The notes under the pieces are model-generated. The model ran no database searches, was not told where the DNA came from, and was given only the letters and a program-made list of their open reading frames with translations. Below are positions 1-16,019 of a stretch of DNA of 64,000 nt, one piece after another. Source of the DNA: Eledone cirrhosa (taxonomy: Eukaryota); the NCBI GenBank assembly GCA_964016885.1, contig OZ024740.1:272986001-273050000 (forward strand), given 5' to 3'. Within the stretch, counting starts at the first letter, position 1; each line of letters starts with the position of its first letter. The translations under genes and the position numbers were made by a program.

Positions 1-143
1 GTCTTTCTTTCTTTCTTATTTCCCTCTTTTCTCTCTCTCTTTCTTTCTCTCTGTGTTTTCACTGCTAGAGTGAACCTCTTCAAATGAAGTTGATGTTTAT
101 TACGGTATGTCGAATATATTTATCTATAAAACTGTTTATATTG

Positions 144-209
144 TATTTTGTCTGATGAAGGCATAGCATATTGTTAATATGATATCCCCGAAATATATAT
201 AATGAAATA
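144..209 (+). ncRNA. Type I minimal hammerhead ribozyme motif at a PLE-like 3' end
   Basis: tattttgt-CTGATGA-(imperfect stem II)-GAAA-tatata-TA-atgaaata. Stem I pairs with G-U wobbles and stem III is palindromic. AATAAA and (TA)n follow. Confidence 0.7.
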
Positions 210-247
210 AATATGGTTTTATAAATATAGTTTTCCATTTATTTAAT

Positions 248-299
<52 letters not shown>

Positions 300-302
<3 letters not shown>

Positions 303-480
303 CCGTTTTAACATTGAATGTCAGAAAAATTAAATATGGCGATATAACAGATACAGAAGCGAAGACCATATATTATAACAATATGACCCTCCCAAATATA
401 ACTATATATATATTTATTAAAATAACAGATTACAGTTTAAGCAAAGAATCGCTGCTTTCACCCTTAACGGGATCTTCTGA
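300..480 (-). mobile_element. PLE-end fragment (CAGAAGA-HHR family), truncated at the HHR core
   Basis: Sequence shared with 23840-23912 and 28120-28260. Flanked by (TA)n on both sides. Confidence 0.6.
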
Positions 481-552
<72 letters not shown>

Positions 553-1222
553 ATATTAATATATATATGTGTTTGTGTGTGTGAGATAGAAAGAGTGAGA
601 GAGGCTGTGTGTATGTATACGTGTGTTTATATGTGTGTATATATCAGCGTATATCAGTGTATACCAGTGCCTATGTGTAGTTAGCAGTAGCTTTGACAGA
701 CACCCAAGCTGTTCGTAATGGAACAAAAAAAAAAAAAAAAAAAATTGTAATCCAGTGAGACAGGGAGTGCTCGTACCGCTGAAAGTTGCGGATGGGTGGG
801 TAGTATTAATAATGTCATACGTGTAAAGTGCTTTAGATAACGCTTAGAATTTTGTCCAAGCTATACATGCTGATCCTGTCATCCTTTGTGTGCTTTTCCT
901 TGTCGATCAATCCGTAATCACCTTCACCACATGTGATATCTCGTATTTGTAACTAGGCTTTTGTATGCTTCGATCAGTTGGGATCAAGTAAACGCTTTCA
1001 ACTAGATCGGCAAACATTAACAAAGGACTTTCTTTTCAGTGGAACCAGCTTTGGCCCCGTTTTCACGGCGGTAATGGATCCATCTACACGGTGATTAGAC
1101 TATATTGTAGCCTATTAAACAATTTCAAAGCTCACGTTCAGTCTGTCAACCGTGATACTCCTCTTTGTTGCGGAATATATATATATATATAAATATATAT
1201 ATAGTTATACTGGGGGGGGGGG

Positions 1223-1677
1223 GCGTCATGCGGCCAATAATCTCAAGCACCTGCTTGTTTTCACTTCAATTTATTATAGATTTCCGGTTGGTTCGCTGGT
1301 TCGTTCGATAACCGGATGGTTGTTTATATATGGTCAAAGCTCTTTCGTCACACATACTGTGACCTCCTCAGGACACAACACACAACACATGAAAATAAGA
1401 TGGTGTAGGGCAGAACGAAAGAAGGACAGGACACAAAATAAAAATCAAGTCACTGAGGAGGTCACAGAATGTGTGACGAAAGAGCTTGACAATATATGAA
1501 CAACTATTCGGTTATCGAACCAACCAACCAACCAACCGGAAATTTATAATAAATTGAAATGAAAATTATAGAGTGCGTGTGTTTATTGGCAGCATGACAC
1601 TCCCTAAGTATAACAATAACTGTTTCAACACGTGTTTCCCGATAAGAAATCTTGCAAAGCAAATTAAAAAATGAAGT
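1223..1677. mobile_element. Inverted pair of PLE ends with two HHR motifs (1333-1374 minus, 1449-1490 plus)
   Basis: Inverted arms ~1223-1372 and 1452-1600. Motif gtca-CTGAGGA-ggtcaca..tgtgac-GAAA-gagc-TT-gac. The right arm extends to (TA)n. Confidence 0.65.
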
Positions 1678-1756
1678 ATATATATATATATATTTATATA
1701 CACACACACACATATATATATATAGACACACACACACATACACCCTCCACCCCCAG

Positions 1757-1805
<49 letters not shown>

Positions 1806-2012
1806 CATATATATGTGTGTACAAATTAATTGAAATGCACGACAACCGCGTCGTTATATGCAGATGACGTCATCGTATCGGACGACGTAATGGTATCAGA
1901 CTGCACAAAAATTTAGGTAATCGGAGCCAAGCTGATAATATAGTACTTCTTTATCTGGTAGAGACAACTCGGCAGAACTCAGCTATTGAGAATAATTGAG
2001 GTCAGATAAGTG

Positions 2013-2227
2013 TACGAAGTTCGGCTGAAACGTTCATAGGCTAAATACTTCATAGGCTGACCAAGACACTCTCATGCAATTTCCAAATGAGGTTTATTTT
2101 TCAGCATAGTCCTTGGAAAAAAACCTTACAGTTATTAGTAAGAAGAATTGAAATTAATGCATGCAAGACTTTACAGGTCTAGTATTCTTCATTGTCAGCC
2201 TAGGGATTTTTTAAACCCACCCTCGTA
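2013..2227. mobile_element. Tc1/mariner-type MITE
   Basis: TA-flanked degenerate TIRs (tacgaagttcggctgaaacgttcatagg ... aacccaccctcgta). Second copy at 44127-44353. Confidence 0.6.
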
Positions 2228-2586
2228 GTGGATTGATTTTATCTTTAATAGTATGTAATTGGGTAATTACATTTTGAGCAGTGTTTTGGGCTAGTTTAGA
2301 AGGTTCGTTGAGTTTAGGTGTTGGATACAGCTGTGTAAGTATCAGTTATTTACGTAAATAAGACCGTTATTGCTCCAATCAGTTCGCAAACACTCAGCAA
2401 ATGACTTACCCCGAACGGCAACCTGTACTCATGTCTACTGCCAAACCAAACTGTACACACCCTTCAAATTGGGCAAATCGAATGCGGATCACCCATCATC
2501 CCAAACTCGACATATGTTACGGGACCGCGATAACCCCCAAATGGGGAAGACACACGTTATCTACCTGCAGCATTGTGAAACCGTAC

Positions 2587-2752
2587 GTACGTTTTCATGA
2601 GACAAAATATAAGATTTGATATGTGACATACCGCTACGGTTTTGATTATTCAATTCCAGTATTGGTAGTACTGCCAATACTGGAATTGAATAATCAAAAC
2701 CGTAGCGGTATGTCACATATCAAATCTTATATTTTGTCTCATGAAAATGTAC
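2587..2752. repeat. Near-perfect 166-bp loopless palindrome
   Basis: Arms are reverse complements around AGTACT at 2667-2672, with about two mismatches. Confidence 0.95.
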
Positions 2753-2857
2753 TTAAACAATGTACTTAAAAATGTACTTAAACAATGTACCTTTGAAATA
2801 TGTAAAACTAAAAAAAAATTTTTATTATGATAATATTTTTCATTTATTAACATTTTG

Positions 2858-2914
<57 letters not shown>

Positions 2915-3045
2915 CGATATTAAACGAGTAGGTTTACGATATTATGTTTAATATCGTAAACCTACTCCAGAAACTGTTGAGTGCTTTTATATCAGTTATA
3001 AAATATTTACTCGTTGTAACCCAACAATCTTAAATAAAACTTTTG

Positions 3046-3080
<35 letters not shown>

Positions 3081-3084
<4 letters not shown>

Positions 3085-3185
3085 ACTGTAACGTGCAGTT
3101 ACTGTAGGTTCAACCTTGAGCTGATCAATAGCGAAACGCGCGTCACTACTCAATAAACGTAATGAAGACAACAAATCGTCATTTT
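3081..3185 (+). mobile_element. Degenerate PLE-end/HHR remnant
   Basis: gct-gatcaat-agc-GAAA-cgcgcg-TC-actac..aataaacgtaatg; same family as 27883-28005. The 5' core is decayed. Confidence 0.5.
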
Positions 3186-3945
3186 ATATATATATATATA
3201 TAGACATATATGCATGAATATATGGGAAATTTCTAGTTAAGACCAGTAAGACTATTGTTCAGCTTAGTGCCCGATACTTAAGAAAGTAGCGTGTAGTTAT
3301 TATAATGGTGTTCTGCCATGTGGTTGAGTTCTTACCATTTCGACAGTAAGACCTCAGCTGTCCGGTAAAAAAATCAGGATAATACACACACATATATACA
3401 CACACACATGGCACACACACACCCACACACACATACACCACCACCAACACACATACATATATATATATATACATATATATATATATTGAAGCGAATTAAT
3501 GGCGTCAACATCTAAATTCTTATAGCCACTATGCATGCTGGAAGACATGAGACATAAAGTCTGGTGCTACAACTTTGCTCAGATGCAAAACACACAGATG
3601 TATGGTGCTTTCGATATCATTATCCGTAAGCTAAAATATCATCCATTAAATCAATATTATGCAATGTTTGTTTAAACTCAAATTTCAATACGTTTGAAAC
3701 GCTTTTTCTACATAACATATCAAGTTATGCTCTCGTTTAAATTCGTTTCAATTTGTTGTACTGTATTATATTTGCGGAATGAATTTAATAATTAATTAAT
3801 AAATTGTTTGTTTGCGTTATTGACTATAATATATGGAACAGAATATTTCTCCTCCTTAATTTTAGAAGCTTAGTAGATAGCCAAAAGACTATATTTATGA
3901 ACAGAACAATTCGTAATTTCAACCTAAGAATATGTGTGCGTTTAC

Positions 3946-4127
3946 ATAACTGTTTCTACTTTTGACACGATGCTAGCAAATACCCCAGTGTATTACTGGT
4001 ACTTTATTTTATCGACACCGTAAGGATGAAAGGCAAAGTTAACCTCGGTGGGACTCAGAACGTAAAGGTCCGTAACTCTATGTTGTAAAGCATGTGTCTG
4101 ACGCTCTACCGGTACTGCCAATCCACC
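3946..4127 (-). mobile_element. SINE family A copy
   Basis: Matches the consensus attggcagtatcggtagag...gagttcaaatcccgccgaggttaactttgcctttcatccttacggggtcgataaaataaagtaccag...gtagaaacaattat, which has a tRNA-like B box. Confidence 0.85.
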
Positions 4128-5570
4128 TTTAATTAATATACCAACAAATGAAGCCACGCGCAATTGCTTGATCTGTGGGAAATGTCGTCGACATCAACAT
4201 CAAATCTTAATCTACCTTCTTACAAATGAAAAATAACATCAGATAATTTTAGTAAAAAATAGGATAACATATGTCTGGAAAAGATTTGGTAATACGTCCG
4301 TTAAATTCATATCTGCTCTGAGAAAACACATCATTCAACACAAGTTTGCGAGGAATTTACTGTGTGGCCATTTAAGCAACTGAAACTAGCTGCCAAATTT
4401 TAGTGAATTTTCCTAAAAATGACATGATGGAATGTTTTTGACTAGAGTTAACATAGAAGTAACCAACAATGCCAGCACCACCAACAACAATAAAAGCTAT
4501 AGAAATAACAACCAGTACCCATGAAGAAATCTCGTCATGGATAATCTATGTCTAAAAAAAAAAAGCAAGCTATTTTAATATCGGTACAGCTTTGATCATA
4601 CGTCCCCTCGATTAGGGCAAACTCAGAGTCAAACGAAAATAAGAGAAACCATGATTTAGTATAATCCAAAATTCACCATCTCTTGGTGAACAATCAGGTA
4701 GGGAAACATTTTAAGCTACCGTATTTGCAGGCGCCGAAGACGCTTCGTTCTTGAGGGCGTACCCTAATTTCAACAACCAAAAATTTGAAAAAAACAATAA
4801 AAACAATAAACAAACTTCGGCCTCCAGGAAGCATGGTAGATTTTTGAGACCTATTTTAGGAAAAAGGTAGCGTCTTCGACGCCGGGAAATACGGTATGTT
4901 CCTTTGATCTCGGCGGAACTCGAGTTAATAAAAAAAATCACAGCCGCAGTTATTCGGATGAAATAATACTAGATGACAATTCAGAAGAGGATTTTAAGAA
5001 ACCTAGGAATACAATAGGAGGAATATGACCCGGGCCTCTGAGAACCACTGATCTAAAGTTTTACCAAATATATCTCAGGGATAAACGAAAATAAGAGAAC
5101 AAAATAAAAAGCTATTGGTTACCACCGAGCAAAAGATGCGATTTTTCTATCATTAGCACGTTCAATGTTTCTCAATTCTTATTAGTTATGCGCCTTATCT
5201 TCATAACATTTAGTATATTGCCGTGGCAAACTGCCAAGCTAGAACCTGAAAATTAATATTAGGGATTCAAAAATAATGTCGACATTACAAAAATATGTCA
5301 GTTCTATGTCGTGTACTGCTATTCAGATCTACATCACCAATGTTTAAGAACGAAGAATACACAAACCTTTGAACAAAAATATTACATCCGTTAAACATCT
5401 ACACAAAGCGTTCAACAAGAAAATAAGATCCGTTAAACAACTATGTTACTGCAGAACCTAACTTTCTCCAGTTCCTAACATAAAATTCAGAGACACAAAA
5501 CGACAGAATGTGATAGTAGTATATATGGATATACTAATTAATATTACGATATATATATTTCAAGAAGAGA

Positions 5571-5754
5571 AATTGGCAGTATCGATAGAGGGTCGAACGC
5601 CATGCTTTGCAGCAAAGAGTTACGGCCCTTTACGGTCTGAGTTTAAATCCCGCCAAGGTTAACTTTGCCTTTCATCCTTACGGGGTCGATAAAATAAAGT
5701 ACCAGTAATACACTGGTTAATTGCTGGCCTTGTGCCAGAAGTAGAAACAATTAT
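5571..5754 (+). mobile_element. SINE family A copy
   Basis: Full match to the family A consensus. Confidence 0.85.
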
Positions 5755-5783
5755 TGTATTATATTATACACACACACACACAT

Positions 5784-5985
5784 ATTTAATATAGAAATGG
5801 CTTCTACAGGACTAGAACTGTTTGATTCGGAGGAAATCATCAGGAAATCAAGGTTTTCCCGAAGATTTCCTCCAAATGAAACAGTTCTAGTCCTGGGAAG
5901 CCATTTCTTTATTAAATGTTTAAACACTGCTATGTACTGAATGCCTTACTTACTCTTGTTACGCCCGGTTGAACTCGGGATAAAC
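5784..5985. mobile_element. Head-to-head PLE-end hairpin with degenerate HHRs
   Basis: Palindrome 5784-5917. The minus arm has CTGATGA..CAAA and the plus arm CCGAAGA..GAAA-cagttctag-TC. A ~68 nt tail runs to (TA)n. Confidence 0.55.
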
Positions 5986-5997
5986 ATATATATCTAT

Positions 5998-6145
<148 letters not shown>

Positions 6146-6153
6146 CTGTGTGT

Positions 6154-6189
<36 letters not shown>

Positions 6190-6356
6190 TTGAATCCGCC
6201 GTCGATTCCGACTAATGAGAATCAGAACAACCTATTCAGTTCATTCTGTTTGGATTGTTTATATTGCTGTCATGTTTGATAATACTTTTTTTCTCACTCT
6301 TGTATTTCGTAGCCCGTGGATATATTCGAACCAGACGTTTTCATTATTATCTAGGT

Positions 6357-6465
6357 AATCCCGCCGAGGTTAACTTTACCTTTCATCCTTACGGGGTCGA
6401 TAAAATAAAGTACCAGTAATGCACTGGGTAATTGCTGGCCTTGTGCCTAAAGTAGAAACAATTAT
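6357..6465 (+). mobile_element. SINE family A, 5'-truncated
   Basis: 3' half of the consensus. Confidence 0.8.
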
Positions 6466-6469
6466 GACA

Positions 6470-7640
6470 CCTTATCTCCTGTACTTCGGATTGTGATCCA
6501 TACAAGAGTGTGGTTAGTATAACAGCTCTAATCTGTATTTTGGTGGGCAGTTATATGCCCCTTTTATTCGAAAGGCGATGGCGGAGCTTACCAAATGCGC
6601 TTGCGGCTTTTCCTATACGATTAATTATCCCGTCATCGATAAATACATTTCATCATCTTACTGCCAAGATATGTGAACGATTTCACATACTTGAGATTCT
6701 TTCCATCGGCCTTTATAGGGGTCTCTGGGAACTGGTGAACTAGGTGTCTATGTTTGACACCTTGTATTTTGTTTGAGTACCTGTTAGATCACCTCGGTTT
6801 TCTCTATGCTGATGGTAAGCCTGAAGGCTTTCCTTGCAACAGATAAAAACGCTATTTTAAAGATGCTATTATTAATACTGCATCATCTGCAAAAAAGGAT
6901 ATCACAAAAGATGCTGGTCCGTTGATGCATCTTTGATTTGAATCATTGATGGTTGAAGTGTCCGTCACTAGTTCGGAAGTGGAATTTAACACCTGTGGCT
7001 TTTTCATCAAAGTCATATTTCAGCAGCACAGAGAAGAATAGTGCAAAATGCATTGGCGCCCTGATAGAAACTTGTTTTGAGCCATTTGACAGATCGAAGG
7101 AAACCGACTACTCCCCATCGGATAAAGCGGCATGTTTCATTCCTCGTGGAAGGAGACAATAAAGCAATGATATTAAACATCTTGTCAGGTAACTCAAGTT
7201 TACTTAGAGTTTTCCAGAGCATTTGCCGATTTACACCGTCGAAAGCTTAGGTTAGAGCCACGAACACCATATACAGCTTCTGATTTCTCTCACATACATT
7301 CTCAGTAACCTGACAAAAAAAAAAAAAAAAAAGAATTGCTCGATTATGCCAAGGCCTGAAAGGAAGCCACACTGGGATTAAAGTTAAATGTCATCAACAA
7401 TATATTTGATGATCATGTTCAGAAACAGCCTGGCTGGGATTTTACCAGAAATTGAATTGATATCCCACGAAAGTTATCACATATGTTCTTATTCCCTTTG
7501 TTCTTGTAAATGTTTGTTGGAGACATCTTTTTAGTCCCGTGGAATACGGCCGGCCTTCCAAATTATTTCCGAGAGCTCATGTAGTTTCCTGACCAAATGT
7601 TGTCCATCATATTTATAAATTTCTGGCGGAATAGCATCCT
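6470..7640 (-). pseudogene. Degenerate RTE-clade LINE reverse transcriptase fragment
   Basis: LWKTLSKLELPDKMFNII (7013-7222) resembles LWKVLQKLGCPDKFLALV of the RTE at 47980. FADD motif near 6880-6895. Many frameshifts. Confidence 0.7.
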
Positions 7641-9024
7641 TGGACTTTTTTTCCTATTCCTATTCCTAGCTCTTTCTTCAATATGTTATATCCACTGCAT
7701 ATACAGAATGTATCTATTATTTTCCATTACATCTGTCAAGTCTCTGTTCACTTTATGGCTGCTCATATTGCTATCAACTCTAATGAATATGGTAGATCAA
7801 AGAATCCAGTTTAAGTAGAAACAATGAACAGATAATTTAAAGAAAATATTGCAATGAATGGGCCTTAAGGTATACGGATATCACCAATGACGTAAATTTC
7901 GAGACAAACTTCATTAAAAAAATTAAAAACATTCTTCTGTTTAATTCATATTATGCCTGCAATATACACTTTTTTAATTCAATGCATACAGCGAAGGAGA
8001 GAATTGTAATTAATTGCTCTCTAAGCTCTACCACAGATCACCCAAATAATTTAGAACAATAAACAATACCACTTCAGCGCATATTGAGATGTTATTTCAA
8101 CGATAGCAGAGCAATCAACATTTTTTCAAAATGTTCATTTTTTATATCTTGTCTTTTTTTATTTCTATGTTAGTCTTGTTCAAATATTACACGTGATTTC
8201 AATGCTACACCAGGAGTTTACATTTCTTGGACTATAATTTCGGTTCAGGCACTAAAATGAAACATGGTTGGCATCTGTTAAACAATGTAGACATTGTGGC
8301 TCCTTGTTTAATTACTTTCTTTTAATATTTTGTTGGTGACAAATATTGAATTTAAATAATCAATAATTGAAGTCCCGGAGATTCTGTATGTTTCAGTTGC
8401 TACTGCATCCATTTTCGATTTTATTTACTCTTTTTATTTTATTTAGCGGGAAGTGGTACATTTTTGTGTGTTATACTATGTGCATGGAAATGAAGTGACA
8501 CAAATTATTGCGGGCACAATATGAGTTAAACAGAATACTTGTTGTCTTTACTTTATATGAAGTTGTCTCAAAATTAAATTCATTGGTGCTTGTGCCTCAT
8601 GGCTCATTGGTTTCACTCGAGAAAACGGAAAACAATTTCATCAAGTTACAAGCAAAACAATAAGAAAAATAAATGACATATCTAAACAAACAAAATACAT
8701 ACACACAAATACATATACACGCTTAGATATAAACCAAATTACAAAATGTGATGGTTAGTAGAAAAGTGATGTTACAAATCTATTGTTTTTTAGATATCGA
8801 TTTATTACTATTTATTTGAGTTTTTCCTTCTCTGTATGACGTGGCTATCATAACTTCTTTTATTCCTTCATCTAAATTTAAGTGAACATATATTTTCCTG
8901 CACAACCCATAAAAAAACATTTTTCCTCTGATTCCCTAGAAAAGGAATATCAATGGTAACATAGAGCATTACAAAATTGTTGAAAAATGAAAAAAGCAAA
9001 AATACTTATACACACACAAACAAA

Positions 9025-9128
<104 letters not shown>

Positions 9129-10099
9129 CTGTGCGTTGTATAGCAAATAGCAAGCACAAGCAGTGTTCGATTTTTACATTTTAATCCAGTGTGTTTTCAC
9201 GTTTCCTATGCAGTTTGTTATAACAAGGCTTTTCTAGCATTCCCTTATCTTTTCCTATTTACATTATAAATTATATTTTCCCACACAAACTATTACTAGT
9301 TTATTCATTTGATTGTCGTTTTCTAAATATTACACATTGATTCATGTCCTGATCTCTGTTGTACATTTGGTTTTCTGGTGAGTGCTGTATTTACTAATCT
9401 TCTCAGAGTTTCGTACAGAAGTCATATTTTAGATATCAGGGGCGTAATTCTTCCATTTCGTGGTCCGTGTCCGGGATGTGATTGTAACAATCATTAAGTA
9501 TGTTTGATAACATTTGCTTGGTTCCTCCACTTTGACTAGAGTAAATATAGATAACCTACCCAAGGGATTCAACACACATCCATCATGAGCCGCACTTAAT
9601 AATTAACCAATGATTATATTGATTATAGTCGGGATTATATTTAAAAAGAAAAAAATATATGTATATGATTTTCTGTAGATGATGTCTCAAGAAACAAAGG
9701 AGTAAAATAAAATAAAAAATGATATACATCCATTAATAAAATCTTAAGAATGTCTCAATATAAGAAACCGTCTTGCATTAAGATCTCCTTGCAAAGTTAA
9801 TTGTGATGTGAATAAAATAGATCATGTAACGTTCAAGATAAGATCTTGCAAATGTTGATTGTTGTGGGATGTTAACTGCAGTTAAGGCTATCAGAATTGT
9901 TGAAGTATATGGTTGTTTGAATTGACACTGGCATGTTTCTGTTATTTTTTTTTATCGATTCTGTAAAGAACGAAGTAGATAATGGAATACCAAACACTGA
10001 AAACGTTTACAATGAAATATTTCAAATCATACTCAGTCATTGTTGCTAAATCGCAGTCCGAACATAGGCTAATATTAGCTTAGATTTGAAGCAAGGATA

Positions 10100-10844
10100 T
10101 AAAAGAACATTTTAAATAAAGCACAAGACCAAGCTCTTTCTAATAATTAGGTGAAATATAGCATCTACAAAACATCTGACAACCAGAAATGCAGGCTCTG
10201 TAGAAAGAATGGGGAAAATTAACTTATTTGGAAAGTGGGTGTGAGAGCCTTGCGCAAAAGGAATACAAGCGCCACCATGATAAAGTCTGTATGTAAATTC
10301 ATTGGCTGTTATGTCGTAAATACCAATACGAAATAATAGTGAATTGGTATGAGCATGCGCCTTGAAAAGTATTGCAGGAGGATAGCAAAACAAAGATATT
10401 CTGGGATTATGATTTACAGACTGATATAGTAATTGAGCAAGATTGACCAAACATTTTCTTATTGAACAAGAAAGTCAAATACTGTCAGATGATAGACGTA
10501 GCCATGCCAAAATATATGAATGTTGTGAGCATAGAGGTTGAAAAAATCGCCAAATACTCCAAATTGAAAGAGAAGATGGCAAGACTGTTTGGAATATGAG
10601 AGGACCATATGAAAGTGATACCAGATGTGAACGAGGCATTAGTGTCAATCTCACTGATACTCAAATACTTCTTAAAGCGGCTGGTAATAAATAGCATGCA
10701 CGATTGGTGTCATACAAAGATCAGTATTGTTAGGCACTGCACATATTTTAAGGAAAGTATCAACTGTTTGAGATCCTTGTTGTGACTTGACAGATGACAA
10801 TATTTTCCGGTGTATTTTCCATCTAAACTGCCTGACAAAAGAAA

Positions 10845-10909
<65 letters not shown>

Positions 10910-10910
10910 A
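10100..10910 (+). pseudogene. R4/Dong-like non-LTR 3' fragment (restriction-like endonuclease) with (TAG)n tail
   Basis: Broken frames read GC..LAQKEYKRHHDKV, ILWDY..QTD, IDVAMP, EKIAKY and LLGTAHILRKV. Confidence 0.7.
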
Positions 10911-10999
10911 GTTTTAATTAAGCTAGTAGTAAGTAGTAGTAGTAGTAAGTTTTAATTAAGCTAGTAGTAAGTTTTAATTAAGTAGTAGTAGTAGTAAGT

Positions 11000-12097
11000 T
11001 TTAATGAAGCTAACAAATTTAAAGCAGTATTAAAGTAAAATTGAGAAGTAATTATAGGGAAATGAAAACAAAGAAGAAATAGCAAAAAGATAAAATCAAA
11101 ACTGAAAAGGGGTCCGAAAGCTATGCCAAAATAATTGCAAGAAAATTACCTACATGGTTAATGCCTAAAAAAAAGAAAAGAAATCTGAAACGTGGGGAAG
11201 TGGAAAAAGACATTTCACAAAACTAGTAAAGAAGCAATAGACTGAAGCCCGAGACTGAAAAATATTTCTAATTGCAACACAAAATTAAAGCCTCTCCAGA
11301 AACCACAAAAAACAAAACAAAATAAAGAACACAATAACAGCAGAATATATGGTGATGGGAAACACATCGCATATGGTTTGGCTGCCCGTCATAGCCAAAG
11401 AAGAAAATATCCCCAGGCATGATAGAGTTTAGACTTACATTCACGGGAAGCTGTTCCAACACCACGAAATGCTAACAGAAAAAAGGTCGCACAATCATAC
11501 AACAGAGTAGGTGTCAGAGAACGGCACATCAAATCATACACACTGACGGAGAGATCAAAGCCAACCGCGCGAATATTATAGACAAAGTCCACAAATAAGA
11601 AATGTTTTCTAATTGATGTATCTATCCCCGTAGAAAATAATATATCTCTTAAGGAAATGGAAAATTATCCAGATATAAAAAATTCTGGAGATAGAAATAA
11701 CTCAAATGTGAATGGTGAAAACAGGAACTACCTTTATAATAAAAGGTGCTTTGGGGATGATAAAAACCACATAGACAGATACATACTCAATATCACAAGA
11801 CTTACACATATATAGAGCATACAGAAAATAGCAATAGTATGCACTGTGCATATATTACGAAGGGTACTCTAAATACAATAGAAATAACAACACGAAAAGC
11901 AGCACTGCACATACCCAGGGCACACAGAGCTGGGCTCGGTAATGCTGTAACAACGTGCAGTAGAAATAATACTAATTTTTATAACACTGATAATGAGAAG
12001 AAGAAGAAGAAGAAGAAGAAGAAGAAGAAGAAGAAGAAGAAGAAGAAGAAGAAGAAGAAGAAGAAGAAGAAGAAGAAGAAGAAGAAGAAGAAGAAGA
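11000..12097 (+). pseudogene. Second R4/Dong-like 3' fragment followed by (AAG)n
   Basis: Broken frames read LKPETE, RHDRV, HTDGEIKANR, LIDVSIP, GALGMI and HILRRVL. Confidence 0.65.
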
Positions 12098-12639
12098 ATT
12101 ACAGGAAATAAAAAAAACGAAATAACAGTACCACATATGTGAAATAACTAAAAAAAAAAAAAGACAGAAAATAAACTAGAAAACCAAAGAAGCTAAGACA
12201 ATCTCTCCATCTCCAAAATATAAAGCAAAGAAAACAAGCAAACAGAAGAATATTATGAATGGCATAATGAAAGGAGCAGAGGGAAAAAAATGGTGACGAA
12301 GAAGAAGAAATGGTGATTGAACAGAGCGTAGAAGACAGAAAGAAGCATATAAGAGATACGTTACGTTACACCATTCTATCTCTACCCGACCCTTTACTCT
12401 CAGATGCCTGCGGTTCTTTTCCTCTGCTGTGCATTTAAAGAAAATATTGCATTTCATTATTTTTTATTTGTTATTTGTTGTTTGAGTCTTTGGTTTATGG
12501 CTTTGTGGGTAATAACCATATAAATCCTTTGGAACGGTCTCGGCGAAAGCATATATATAAAACAAACTAGAAATTCAATGAATATAAAACCACCACGCAT
12601 GCACATACATATTGACATACCTATACGCAAGGGTTTTTA

Positions 12640-14810
<2,171 letters not shown>

Positions 14811-14811
14811 T

Positions 14812-15090
14812 GTGGAGGCACGTGGTCTAGTGGTAAGAGTGTTGAACTTACGATCATAATGTCGTGTGTTCGATTTCTGGGTTGGGTGTTGTGTTCTTGA
14901 GCAAAACACTTCATTTCACGTTGCTCCAGTATACTCAGCTGAAAATGAGTACCAGCAATAGCTGGAGGTTTAACCCTGCGATGGACTGGCGTCCTGTCCA
15001 GGGGGGAGTCTTGTACTCTCAGTCGCTTCACGCCATGAAACCGGGATAAGCACCGGCCAAATGACCCTTCTGGCTTAAGACAGACTTTAG
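14812..15090 (+). mobile_element. tRNA-derived SINE family B (CORE-like central domain)
   Basis: A box (gtggtctagtggtaag), B box-like (gttcgatttc), cttgagcaaaacacttcatttc core, then aaccctgcgatggactggcgtcctgtccagggg. Confidence 0.75.
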
Positions 15091-15143
15091 ACATTTTAGA
15101 TATATTCATATATGTATATGTTCATACACACACAATATATACG

Positions 15144-15178
<35 letters not shown>

Positions 15179-15542
15179 AAGTGTGTGTTAATGTGGGCAT
15201 ATACGTGTGTAAATATGTGTGTGAGTGGCCTTCTTTCTATTTTAGTTTTTCTTTAAGAAAACCTTCGTTAACAGAAACACGGGACGGAAAAATATTATGG
15301 TATTTAGTTTCGCTCCCTCCTCTTTGTGAGTTAAATATCCTTCTTTTCGTTTCATTATTCGAAGGTGATAAAGGTAATAAAAGACCTGTATTGAGCTTAT
15401 TTCCATCAACTATGATATAATCTCCAAATCTCTCAGAGTGTCTGCCGATGTAAACTACAAATTTATTTTACTTTAAAATGGTAAAGTCAACAGCAAAGAC
15501 ATATATCTCAGCGTACAATGGGTTCTATTGCTTAGCGGGCAG

Positions 15543-15751
15543 TAGATTGGCAGGATCGGTAGAGAGTCGGACACCCTGCTTTGCAACATAAAGTTACGGA
15601 CCTTTACGGCCTGAGTTCATATCCCGCCGATGTTAACTTTGCCTTTTATCCTTACGTGTCGTAAAGTACTAGTAACGCACTGGGGTCGATTTGATCGACC
15701 CCCCCCCCCCCTAAAAATATTACTGGCCTTGTGCATATACTAGAAATCATT
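15543..15751 (+). mobile_element. SINE family A copy
   Basis: Consensus match, with an insertion near the 3' end. Confidence 0.8.
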
Positions 15752-16019
15752 GCCTATAGCTATCGTGTCAATTCCGTGAATATAAATCTGAAACATTAAC
15801 ATGAGAATACTACAATAATTACTTAAATGCTTACATGGCTGAGATGGTTTATTTATTTTATTTGTTCTACGTCAAACTAGGGAAATAATAGAGTCATTGG
15901 AAATATATATTCTACGGTACTGTCACTGGTTCATTTAGTTTCGACTTCGAAATTGACAGACCTCTTATTTTAACTGGTTAGATGGCAAATATTTTAAGAG
16001 AATTCTTTTTTAAAGCACG

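Noticed and set aside
6200-6345. ctaatga-gaat...attc-gaac as a possible HHR
   Set aside because: Both core halves are mismatched and stems I and III are unconvincing.
12130-12560. Possible decayed Tx1 3' end on the minus strand
   Set aside because: Only a weak FFK..R..W resemblance; too degenerate to support.
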